The position numbers and the translations under genes were made by a program. Below the pieces are notes generated by a model. The model did no database searches. It was not told the DNA's origin and saw only the letters and a list, made by a program, of their open reading frames with translations. From Balamuthia mandrillaris (lineage: Eukaryota), in NCBI GenBank assembly GCA_031835245.2, contig JAVKOQ020000024.1, forward strand, positions 310,001-340,629: 30,629 bases of DNA. The letters are read 5' to 3'. The stretch's first letter is position 1. Every line of letters starts with the position of its first letter. Shown here piece by piece: positions 19,946 to 30,629 of the stretch.

Positions 19946-22478
19946 ACAGCGCAATCTGGGTCTGATCAATAGGATGACATCAACCAGCCAATCAACGGAA
20001 TCTCTAAGTATTGCATTACCACGGGAGAAGGGAAAAGAGGGGAAAAAGGAGAGAATAACAGAATTAGAGAGAGAAAACTGTACACATGAAGCAGGTCTTT
20101 TTAATAAGAGCAAACCAAGAACCACTCCAATCTTATCTCTCCTTTGTGAGCATTGTGTGAGAGAGAGGGATTGGCATGACCCAAGGCCGGGTTGTAGCAG
20201 TTTGTAGGAGAGTTTGTTATTTCTTTTTGACCTTTCTGTGTGCTTTGAGTGTGTCGTGAGGAAAAAGGGAAAATAAAAAGGAGTGAGAGAATTTGGGGTA
20301 TCCAGGGAAAGTGTCGACAGGAAGTCAAAATGATGCGAATTGTTGGTTTTCCAACATACTCCTTTGGGCTTACACTATCTTAGGTGAAGAATGGAACAAT
20401 GAAAGTTTCAACAATAAGGACTACCTTTGTGACCTTTGTACAACAGACTTCCAACTTCAATGAAAACAATGTTTATTAAAATAATACAACAGTTTTTAGT
20501 TAGCTATTGATGCAGATTATGAGTAGCCACTATCAAAAACTGCTTCATTAAAAACAGCAGTTATGGAAAAGACGTCAAAAACTGTTGAAAACTGCCAAAA
20601 CCTGCTCATAGTAAAATAGCTATGATTTGTCCAGTATAGACTACTGATCACCTAAAACTGCCATGAGTGCAGTTTTTCAACACAACATATGGCAAAGACA
20701 GCTAATGTCAATGCTAATGTGAATGTCAGACATTAACAATGAAGATATATGAAACTGTGCTAAGTTTGTTGGTTGTGTTTTCCTAGGCAGGTTTATAGTT
20801 TCCATCATTTTACATGACAAAAATTGATGGTTTTTCCATCAACCACCAAAAATTGCCAATATAAAGATATATCTCTTTCACTTCTCCTTCACATGTGTCA
20901 CTCCCTTGTCATTCTTTTCTATATCACACTCAGTATTCTTGCCAAAGCTGCGACGCTGAGTAACACTTTGGCTGCATTTTTCACTAAAAAGATCAGCACT
21001 TTTCTTCCTTTTACACATAGTTGTAATACACAATAACACATGGGGCATTGCCTTTGACCCTGGCAAGCTATTAACTTAATGCTCAACCTCCAAACCCCTC
21101 TTTTGCAGACTCATATCCTTGAACATCCTACTTCTTTTCCTCTATCCTTTTACCTTTTCCTTTTTCTAAAAGGGGAAGTATATTCGTTAAATGACCAACA
21201 CTTATCTCCGGACTCCTCATGTTGGATCTGTACTGGACCCTTAGTTCTGCTTTCTTTAGTATTCCCTCATTTTTCCTTTCTCCCTTTTTCCTTTTTTCTT
21301 GGTATACTTTGAAGTAATATCAGAGATTTACTCTCATTGTCCTTCTTCTATTCTTTTAAATACACTTCTTGTCTTGTCATTGACTCTTTTTTTATTCCTG
21401 AGCTTGGATTCAATCAACATTTTCTTGACTTACATAAGGGATTCAAATCCCTTTTTACACTACACACACACATTATAGAAGCTTCAGCTGTTCTTAACAT
21501 CAGTGAACAGCTTTGCAAGGCCAACAAGATTACTTCTACATGCTTTGATGATCCTTTCAGCTTGAACTTGATATTCCCAGCTGTCCTGAGACTGAATATA
21601 TCACCAAAGAAGAAGAACAGTGCAAGTTAGACAAAGCCACAGAACACACTAAAAAGGCCAGGGAAAGTTACAACAATATATAGACAACTTGTTTTCCTCA
21701 TATCCACCTTGACCACACTAGGCAATGCTTTCATGTGCACAACCTTTCAGACATCAAGGCCACAACAATTGAGGCTGTCACCTTGTGAAGCCTAGTAAAA
21801 GCATTTATCAGCTCATTGATCAGTACTTCGTACTCTGTAATTGTCTTCCAAACACTACATAGCTACAAGGAACACCATTGAGAAATATCTCTAGGAGAAT
21901 GGCTCTACTGAGAGGACCTTCCTTTACCCTCCTAATGCAGTGCTCCATTTAAACACTGGAGATCACTCTTTTGTCTTTCACAACTAATACCTCATTTCAC
22001 ACCATTTAACACTTATAATCAATTTGTAAGTGGCAGAATGGCTGTACACCAGCATCATCATGCTTGTCCTATCTAACAGTCCCTGGAACTGGTCTTATAT
22101 GCAATGCCTTAACATCCTTTTATCTTGCTTTTTTTTCATTTTTGCTTCAAAGTACATCCAAAGAAAGAGAAAAGAGAAAGGGAAAAGAAAGAAGACTATG
22201 GAGTTGTATATGAGGAGTTTTGAGATAAGCGTTGGTGATTTTACCAAGCATTATCACTTCCAGGCACAAAGAATAAAACTCTTCATGTAGAATGCTACTC
22301 TCTAGTAGTAATAAGAAGTTCATTTGCTCTAAGAACAACACCAATCTATACACCAAAGGTAAGTATTGTACATATATAGTGTACTCTTACTTTTCTTACC
22401 CTCATCCTTAATGCCTTCCCAATTGTTTTTAGTTTACAAGTGAAAGGTGTTGAATAAATTTTCAAACTATCTTTGTAT

Positions 22479-22617
22479 TGTGATAAGGCCGGTAGGGGAA
22501 CAACCTAACAGACACCAACTCGATGGGCGTAAGGAAAAAGACCTTTAATGAAATGAAAGAAAGAGATATATATACAAGGAGAGATAGGGATAGGTATTAT
22601 GAGAGAGTGGTATAACA
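22479..22617 (-). repeat. 3' LTR (139 bp)
   Basis: Direct repeat of 27208-27346, preceded on the - strand by the PPT. Confidence 0.95.
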
Positions 22618-22630
22618 CTTCCCCCTCCCA
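22618..22630 (-). promoter_or_regulatory. Polypurine tract (TGGGAGGGGGAAG)
   Basis: Purine run abutting the 3' LTR on the - strand. Confidence 0.85.
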
Positions 22631-22667
22631 GGCCAAAGTCATCTGTGATTGACTGTCAGGCCGATAA

Positions 22668-25600
22668 TCATGATACTGCTCTCCAATATGCCTGGACCAG
22701 GTCTGGCACATTGATAATGTTACGTTCAGGCTCCCAAGAGTTGTGGCAGTTGGAGAAACCTTTCCACTTCAACCTATATTCAAGTCCTCGACTGGTGTAG
22801 CGGTGATCTAAAACTTTCTCAACCTCATATTCGTCATTAGTGAGCTTTCTATCTTCATCGTTACATGGGATGAATCATTTGATGCGGTTTAGGTTTACCA
22901 CTTTATCCGTTTCAGGACCAGCAGTATTCTGCACCTTGATTGCCTGTGAAGAACAGCGCGGGCTTCTTCTGCAAGTTCACGCTGTGTCTCCTGCAGTTGC
23001 CTCACCCACGAATCATCGGACAGATGAGTAGTGTCCACCAAACTGGTACCATTGGACTTCCTCCCAAACATCAGCTCGTAAGGGGTAAATCATCGTCCTG
23101 GCAGTGGCGCGTAGTGATAAGAATAAAGTAGCATTGGAAGGTACGCACTCCAGGCTTGTTGCCTGCCATCCACAAATTTGCGAAGCTGCTCCTTAAGGGT
23201 GCGGTTGTATGCCGTTTCCTTGGAGATGCTCTGCCATGACGTATTTACACTTGATGCCCAGAAGAGTTGAAAGCTCATTGTTGAGTTTGTTAATGAACTC
23301 TCTTCCTTGATCAGACAGAAGCTCCTTCGGGAGGTCCATGCTCGCGAAGATCTCAAGTAAGGCCTTCACCACTTCCTTTGCTTGTTTCGTCTTCAATGGA
23401 CGAATGTCCGGCCAACACGTGAAGACGTCAATGGTGACCAAGGTGTATCAGTACCCTTCAGCCATCAAGGGCAACTCACCAATCAGGTCCATGCAGACCA
23501 ACTCGCCTGGCTCATTTGCAATAATGTGACCCAACGGCCCGTCAGCTTTCTTCCACGGAGCCTTCGCCTCCTGGCATTCCACAGCCCTTGACCCAATGTT
23601 CCACATCTTTGTGAATACCAGGCTACCAGTACTGCATGATGAGGCGGGAGTACATCTTTGTAAGGCCGAAATGCTCACCTGTAGGAACATCATGGAACTG
23701 ATGAAGTATCTCATTCCTAAGCTCCTTGGGCACGATTTGTTGGATGGTAGCTTGTTTGACCTTGGCTTTATCAGGCCAAATCACATGTAAAAGTTGTCCG
23801 TCTTGGAGGAAGCACTGCTCCATGAGTGCCAACTGATGGGGTGTCTTACATTGACATGCCTCCTCGTTGCCTTCAATGGCTTAGATGATCCATGAAAATT
23901 CATCATCATTATGCAGCAGCTCAAGCCATGAGTCAGAATCCAACTCCATATCCGGTAAAACCTGCAGGGAGCCACTTTCTTGTGACTGTATCTGATGGTC
24001 ATCTTCATCATCTGACTGGCTGCCTTCCCCTCCATCTGCAAAAGTAACCTGTTTGCAGTTCTTTGGACAAGTAACAGTGTTAACTGCACCAAGAGCGAAT
24101 GGTTCATGGCTGAGACTATCAGCATTTAAATGTTCTTTCCCTGGTCGGTGGGAAACTCAGACGTGGCCAAATTCCTGCAGCTTGGCAATCCACCTCACCA
24201 ACTTGCCCGAAGGGTTTTTCTGGGAGAACAGCCATTGCAGCGCTGAGTGGTCCGTGACGACACATTCAAGCTGCTGAAGAACATAATGTCTCCAATGCTG
24301 CAAGAAGACAATGGCGTAAGCCTCCTTCTCCGTAGCACTCCAATTGAGCTGCGGACCAGAAAGCTTCTTGCAGTAGGCTACAATGTGGTATAGCCCATCC
24401 TCTCCTTTCTGCTCCAGAGTTCTCCCAATGGTGTAATCACTGGCATCACAGCAGATCTGAAAGTCTTTTTCAGCATCGGGATAGGCAAGGACAGGAGAAC
24501 TGATAAGAGCCTCCTTTATCCCTTGGAAAGCCTGTTCCTGCTCATCGCTCCACACGAACTTCGTTTTGGGGCTCATGAAGTCGGTGAGGGGCTTCACCAT
24601 CTCAGCGAGATGATGAATGAACTTGCGATAGTAGTTTGCAAGTCCAAGGAAGCTTTGTAGTTGCTTCCTAGTGGTAGGGCGAGGGCAATCTTGCACCACC
24701 TTGACCTTGCTCTGCATGGGACTAATTCTGTCACTAGACACCATGTGTCCAAGGTACTCCATTATCTTCTTTACGAAGGTGCATTTGTTAATCTTCACAT
24801 AGAGTTGATACTCATGGAGATGCTCAAAGACCTTGTGTAAGTGAATGAGGTGGTCCTCAAATGTCTTGGAAAAAATGATGAGGTCATCAATGTGACACCA
24901 AGAAAATTTCCGCTTGAATTCGCTGAAGATCTCGTCCATTCCTCATTGGAACATAGCCGGAGTGTTGATAGGTCCGAAGGGCATAACTACAGGCTCAAAC
25001 TGGCCGGATTTCATAATGAAGGCTCACATATTTGCAATACGCTCCTCCATCAGGAAGTGCCAAAAACCACACGCTAGGTCAAACTTGGACCGGAACTTGG
25101 AGCCGTGGAGGCAATTCAGTCCGTCCTCAATGTTTGGCATAGGATAGGAGTCCTTCACTGTCTGTTTGTTTAGCTCTTTGTAATCAATACAGAAACATGG
25201 TTTTCTGTCCTTCTTAATGACGATGATTACTGAGTGTGCCCATTTGCTGACAGATTTGCGAATGACGCCCATGAGGAGCATGTCATCCGTGGCAGTGTCA
25301 ATGGTCTCCTGAACCTTGGTGCTTACCTTGTGAGGCTTCACACGGATGGGGGTATAATCTGTTAGGACTATCTTGTGGGGAGGAAGTTTAACACTTCTCG
25401 GCTCAGGAAGCTTGTAGCAAAAGACATCCTTGAATTCAAGGGCCAGCTCTAGAAGCTGTGCTTTCTGCCTGATATCCAGGTCCGTGTCATTCATGAGCTC
25501 TCTCAAGCCCATCATTGCCTCTTCCTTGGTGGAAAGCTCCACCAGGTAATTAACGTCCATGATGTCATGGGTCTCCTTTGTGACTGAGGTGCACACTTGG

Positions 25601-27086
25601 TCGTCATCAGAGTTGCAAGATGAACCTTCCACAGATTTGCTCTCAGTGAGAAGCAACCAGTGTTGTCATACTTCCAATGGCCAGTGGCACTTCTCCACAT
25701 ATCTCCATTATGTAGGCTACTCATTTTAACTTCTTTAGGTAGAAGTGTTTCTCAAACAAAGCTATTGGTGGCACAGGAATCCAGCGCGGCCTTGACTGTC
25801 TTTCTTCCAGAGATCCTCAATGTCATCCTCGGCAGACAATGTGTGTTCTTGACGACAATATTCATTGATCCTGTCCTTCCACCAGCACTGTCCTTCTGGG
25901 CTGGCGCCTGGCTTTGGCTTCCAGACTTGCCCTTTGTGTCCCGCAAAGCACCGCCAAAAGTATCCTTCTTCTTGCTTTGGTCAACACGTTTCTTTTCCAA
26001 GCACTCTCTTGTCCAGTGCTCTCTCAACTTGCAGTTGTAGCAAAAGGGTCTCTTTTTCCTCCTGTCATTGCCTGAACTGCTGTTATTGTTGTTCTTCTCC
26101 CACCTTGAGCTCTTTGACTGATGGTCCAAGCTCCGTTTCGCATGCTTGCGTCCTTCCAGTCTTTAGCGAGGTTCAGGGCATCAGCCATATTAGCGATATC
26201 TTCCTGCTGAAGGAATTTCTCCTTCAGGTCTGGAACAGCGCCTGTGACAAACTTCTCCAAGACCTGAGTCTCGCTGAAAACCGTGAGGAAAGCCTCTCAC
26301 AGTGCTGTACGCACTCACAAGTTCCAGGTGTCTACAGACTCATCAACATTCATCTGGAGGTTACCAAGCTTTATGATCTTAGCAGTTGCTCAGTCACAAT
26401 GCTGGAAGCAGTTGAGGAGCTGTGTTTTCGCCTCCATGGAGGTTAGTAGGACTCCACCTTTCGTTTGTTCTTGCTCAAGGAAGCAGTGAACAACATCAGT
26501 GTTGTCACGAAGTTGTCCTTCAAAGTGAAGGATATAGTCCTGATGACTCCAGCCAGTGTTGTGTTTGGCCATACATCGTTGTAAATCTTGATGGCATGCC
26601 ATAAGGTTGAGTGCAGGTTTTCTCTTCTCCTTCTCCTTTTCTTCCTCCTCTTCACTCAACAATGAAGAGCTGGACCCAGAGCCAAGATCATCATCTTTAT
26701 TCGCAAATTTGGCCTTAAGAAGGTTTTGCAGTTGAGAGATTGCATCGTTAAGAGCCACAAAAGCTACATCATGACTATCATTCACTTTTGATGTCATTTG
26801 AGAGCTCATCTGCAAAGGTTTCCAACTTTGCATTGATATGGTTGATATGGTCAGACAAAGAAGAAGTGTTGCTAGTCTGCTTGACCAAGAGCCTGTCGTG
26901 GTCCGCTTGGCTTGCGTGAAGCTCAGAGAGAGCCTGGTCGATGGCGTCTAGTCTGTCCATGGGAAGGGTTGTAGAAGTAGTAGGGGAAGGAGTGCTGGAA
27001 GCTGGAGGGATAGCACCACTGAAAGGTGGACCGCTCTGCACACCAAAAGAAGGAGTTGTACCAGACTGCAGCGAAGTTCCTGACAT
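22668..27086 (-). pseudogene. gag-pol of the Gypsy element (multiple frameshifts and stops)
   Basis: Fragment ORFs 26778-27086, 25752-26129, 25024-25656, 24157-24939 and 23193-23441. C-terminal chromodomain at 22832-22668: EYEVEKVLDHR...YRLKWKGFSNCHNSWEPERNI. Confidence 0.92.
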
Positions 27087-27192
27087 TTTACATCACCGAA
27101 CACTGCTATAGAAGTGCTCCAAGTTTCCTCCAAAAACCCCGAGTATCCAAAAATAGGTTAAACACCCAAAAACCGAACTTGCCAAGAAAAAA

Positions 27193-27205
27193 GCTGATGT
27201 CACCA
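27193..27205 (-). promoter_or_regulatory. Primer binding site (TGGTGACATCAGC)
   Basis: Begins TGG 2 nt after the 5' LTR on the - strand, complementary to a tRNA ending ...GUCACCA. The tRNA identity was not determined. Confidence 0.7.
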
Positions 27206-27207
27206 AG

Positions 27208-27346
27208 TGTGATAAGGCCAGTAGGAAAACAACCTAACAGACACCAACTCAATGGGCGTAGGGAAAAAGACCTTTAATGAAATGAAAGAAAGAGATATAT
27301 ATACAAGGAGAGATAGGGATAGGTATTATGGGAGAGTGGTATGACA
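27208..27346 (-). repeat. 5' LTR (139 bp)
   Basis: Direct repeat of 22479-22617 with 7 mismatches. Confidence 0.95.
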
Positions 27347-28321
27347 GTATCATCTAGCTATTCTTTTCTTTCCGTTTTCCTCTCTTATCTTTTCCTTACT
27401 TCTACATTACTTCCAAAGATAGATAAAATGCAGAAGAACTTCCATGCTTCCAACTTGCTCTTGCTGCCCATAATTTCCATACTCATTTTACAACTTTGCT
27501 TACATTGTTCTGTTTCTTGAGCTTTGTTGCATTTCTTTCCACTTGACAGAACAATGGCTTTGTTGTACAGTCTTCTATGATCAGCTTTCTGACTTGTTCT
27601 TCATCTCCATTGTCCACACTTCAGATAAAACGATCTAAAACGATCTTCCCAAGGATTTGGACATTTTAACAGGAAGTACTCTGCTGTTTCTTCCTCAGCA
27701 TTGCATGCAGGGCGCTTATTGAATACACTTAATAATTTCTTTATTGTTTTGGAATAGGAAACAAAGTTACAAAAAGGTATATAACTAGATATCCTCTCAA
27801 ATTAATCTCAAAATTAAAAGAGAAACCTGTTGGCAACCAACTCTTAATATATAACCAACTCTTTTCTCCTTGTTCTTCCTTCTTTCTTTCTCTTCGGTCT
27901 TTTTCCGCCGACAACTGACGTCATCTCTTCGATCAATCTTGTCAACACCGAAGATCAACTTGTTGTTTCCAGTCTTTTCCCCTGAAGTTTCTTCAAGCTC
28001 AGAAATTGAGAATTGGCAATTCCACTGACGAACTCTCGATCTCTGACCCTTAGGTTCCCTTCCTAACTATAAATTGGTTCTTTTTTCATTTTCTTCATGT
28101 GGGTTGCAGTTCACAAACACAGAGGACAAACACATACACAATCACACACTTATCTTTTCTCTTTCATGCATTAAATTACCTTGGGCTCTCATCACTCTGT
28201 TGTTTCTTTTCTTGGTTCTATTCTCTTTGTCTAACAAACCTACCTGCTTTTCAAATAAATTATAGGAAAGAAATCTGTGTAAAATTAAAGGCAACACACA
28301 CCTTCCCTCACCTGTCTCGCT

Positions 28322-28462
28322 TAGGGGCTCTGCCCCTAGGGGGCTGCTAATAGGCACTTTGCTGCTATAGCTCTATCTCACTGAGATCTTACTACAGAGC
28401 CCCTCCCCTGGGAAGCCCAGGGCTTAGAGACTTTAGAGGGGCTCTGTAGTAGTAGAGGGTAG
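28322..28462. repeat. GC-rich multi-hairpin island (16-bp perfect inverted repeat with nested hairpin)
   Basis: TACTACAGAGCCCCTC 28390-405 / GAGGGGCTCTGTAGTA 28436-51; CCCTGGG-aag-CCCAGGG 28406-22; TAGGGGC-tct-GCCCCTA 28322-38. Confidence 0.8.
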
Positions 28463-28489
28463 CTTTAGTCTTCCCTTACAATAATTCTT

Positions 28490-29360
28490 TTAAAAGAATA
28501 AAAGAGCAAAAAGGAAGAAGCTGCATTATATGACTTGGCCATACAGTGCCAGCCCCTGCTGGTCAGGCAAAAAATAATAAATGAGGAGAAAGAAGGTACT
28601 GTATCATATAGTACTGCTATTGTTGGCCAGCTAAAAAAAAATAAAACAAGGAGAGGAAAAGAGCTACAACATATGGTGCAGCTAGTGCAAAGCAATTGCC
28701 AGCCTGTCAAAAAAAAAATAAAAGTTGAAAGGAAAGGAGCTGCATCATATGGCAGCTGAATAAAAGAAAAAAGAGCATGAGGAAGAAGCTGCACCATATG
28801 CTACCATACATACAGCACAGCCACTGTCAGGCAAAAAAAGAATAAAAGCAAGAGAAGAAAAGAGCTGCATCATAGTTGGCAACTTCTAACATAGCCAACT
28901 TTTTCTTCATCAATCTTACCTGTCTGCTGTCATTAATCTTTTATATAACACAAAAGACACCTAGCCACTCAAGATCTTTTTTCTTCTTGTGAGAATCTGG
29001 ACAAGAACACACTTGCTTTCTTTCCTTTCAATAAATATGATTTATTCCTAGCTCTTTCTTTGTTTCTTTCTTGGTTCTATGCTCAAGCGCTAACACAGCC
29101 AGCCAAAATAAAATAAAAATAAAAATAAAAGAAGAAGGAACACACAGTACAACACAACAAATGCTAATCAGAAATAAGATAATAAAAGCAAAGGAAAGAG
29201 CTATGTCATACAGCACTAGCCTTTGCCACTAGACAAAAAGAAAAAAAGAGGAAAGGACAAAGTTGCACTATATGATGCAGCCACTGCTGACCAAAAAAAA
29301 AGAATAAAATAGGAAAGGGAAAGAACAGTGCTTACACTGTAGCCTTTGCCAGGTAGGCAA
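28490..29360. repeat. Degenerate minisatellite (~50-80 bp units; core GAARAGCTGCAYCATA preceded by A-rich runs)
   Basis: The core recurs near 28515, 28592, 28657, 28733, 28783, 28858, 29193, 29257 and 29320. Confidence 0.65.
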
Positions 29361-29639
29361 AACTGCAACAATAACAAAAGAAAAAGTGGACTTCTTGAGG
29401 GTATGCTATTGAGAGTATTTGTAAAAAAATGAAATAAAATCAGTTTGAAAATAAGTTTGAATTGGTTCTATTCTTATGATTATGGAATACATAATGAACA
29501 TATATTCTTTTCATCAAAATTCATTCAATTGACAGTAAAATTAATAGAAGGTAATTGTTGGAACCTAAGTATATTATATTCTGCCAGGAAAAACCAATTG
29601 AGTGTGAATCAGGACCTGCTGGACAAATAATACAAGAAG

Positions 29640-30240
29640 GAGTTTTGTATTGACATGGTGGCAAGAAAGCTACATGTGGCAGAGGAAATGGAAAGAGGAG
29701 ATAAAGCAAGGAATGTTTGCTTGTTGTTTGCAGATGATTTGGCAGTGGGCCAGTGATCCTTTTGAGCTTCAGAGAAGACTGAATGTGGCAGTGGAGGCAG
29801 TGAATGCTCTGGGACTTCATTCAATGCAAAGAAATCAGTGGTGCTAGTACAAGGAAAGAAGGCTTGCTTTCAAGAGTGGAGACTAAAGGGAGAAGCTATG
29901 AAATGTGTGAAGAAGGCCAAGTACCTGGGACTGTGGTTTGAAGAAAATGGTGAGTGGACAACACATGCCAAGGAGAGGATCAAGGCCAAGCAAGCCCTCT
30001 ACAGCCTTAGGCAGCAGGGAGCCATTGCTCAAGGCTTGGGTACATACTTCCCAGATTACTGCAGAGGCCATTGTCAAGTCTACTTTGTCATATGGACTTT
30101 GCATGACAGAGCTTTCCAAATCATGGTAGAAGAAGATTGAAGCTATGTGGAATGAGACAGCCAGAAGTGTATTGCAAGTTCATCAAAGGACTGTGACAGG
30201 AGATTATAGAGCAGAATTGGGCTGGGCTGGCACTATAGTA
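29640..30240 (+). mobile_element. Non-LTR retrotransposon (LINE) reverse transcriptase fragment, degenerate
   Basis: CIDMVARKL...VCLLFADDLA, ELQRRLN, KSVVL, KYLGLWF...W..H, with frameshifts between blocks. Confidence 0.85.
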
Positions 30241-30574
30241 TAGTGCTGAGCTTGTGTAATATACACAAAAAATGCTCTAAGATGGTACACTAATTTTGAG
30301 CATTTTGGTTTGTTCCTTTTCTTTTGCTCTCTTTCTTCCTTTTCTTTTGCTCTCTTTCTTCCTCTTTCTTTCTCTCTTTTCTCCCTTTTCCTTTTCACTT
30401 TTCTCACTGCTAAGCATAACTTGCTTCCTTCTCCCTTTTATTTATTGTTAACCTTTCTTTTTTCTAATCTTTGATTTGCCCTCTTTCCAGAAAAATTTGC
30501 TATATGTGCTCTTAGTAATCCAAGGTCCTACCAAAAAACATCTTACTTGTGAGCATCACTGTTATTGATTGAAT

Positions 30575-30629
30575 CATTATATCACTCTTCCATAATACTT
30601 ATTCCTATCTCCTTGTATATATATTTCTT
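30575..30629 (+). repeat. Start of a third, more diverged LTR copy in opposite orientation (truncated by the window end)
   Basis: TTATATCACTCTTCCATAATACTTATTCCTATCTCCTTGTATATATATTTCTT aligns to the reverse complement of the LTR (TGTTATACCACTCTCTCATAATACCTATCCCTATCTCTCCTTGTATATATATCTCTT). Confidence 0.85.

Larger units (their letters stand above)
22479..27346 (-). mobile_element. Full-length but degenerate Ty3/Gypsy LTR retrotransposon with chromodomain integrase
   Basis: 139-bp TG...CA LTRs, 4-bp TSD GTAT (22475-78 and 27347-50), PBS and PPT. Gag CCHC CYNCKLREHWTREC, PR LDSCAT, RT YPMPNIED/HIDD/YLGH, RH CDASD, IN H..H/DLIG/SDQGREF, chromodomain. Order PR-RT-RH-IN. Confidence 0.96.
21305..27700 (-). 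pseudogene. Decayed multi-exon gene of unknown family, interrupted by the Gypsy element
   Basis: Exon-like AG...GT-bounded blocks on the - strand (~27640-27400, the empty-site exon spanning 27354/22478-22400, ~21860-21700, ~21586-21308). They translate as plausible protein punctuated by TGA/TAG/TAA stops, e.g. DSWEYQVQAERIIKACRSNLVGLAKLFTDVKNS*SFY. Confidence 0.35.

Noticed and set aside
27995..28045. GAAA ... CTGACGA hammerhead-like core
   Set aside because: The required stems II and III do not form.
19430..29360. Repeat arrays as CRISPR-like loci
   Set aside because: Units are long or degenerate with no constant repeat plus unique spacer pattern, and there are no cas genes.

Overview
Eukaryotic, intron-rich genomic DNA with short GT-AG introns and (AG/CT)n microsatellites. 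The gene content suggests a free-living amoebozoan (inference only). The left half (1-~15.7 kb) is gene-dense and CpG-rich: TRAPPC8 (-, runs off the left edge), FNIP (+), a myristoylated PH-less PKB-related AGC kinase (-), QCR8 (+), ZFPL1 (+) and PIGQ/GPI1 (-, with a GC-AG intron). The main finding is in ZFPL1 intron 5 (1,005 nt; the other ZFPL1 introns are about 55-190 nt). It holds a ~0.9-kb rearranged IS607-type Fanzor2 element: overlapping serine-recombinase and Fanzor2 frames, an internal deletion fusing the recombinase in frame to the Fanzor RuvC/zinc-finger C-terminus, a structured omegaRNA-like 3' end and a structured left end. The recombinase catalytic motif (CRVSSHGQ) sits inverted between perfect 18-bp inverted repeats, and flipping it restores the reading frame. 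The right half (~15.8-30.6 kb) is CpG-depleted and decayed. It contains a Crinkler-type NTPase-REase pseudogene, degenerate tandem repeats, a full-length chromodomain Ty3/Gypsy element (139-bp LTRs, GTAT TSD) inserted in a decayed multi-exon gene, a GC-rich hairpin island, a LINE RT fragment and the start of a third LTR copy.
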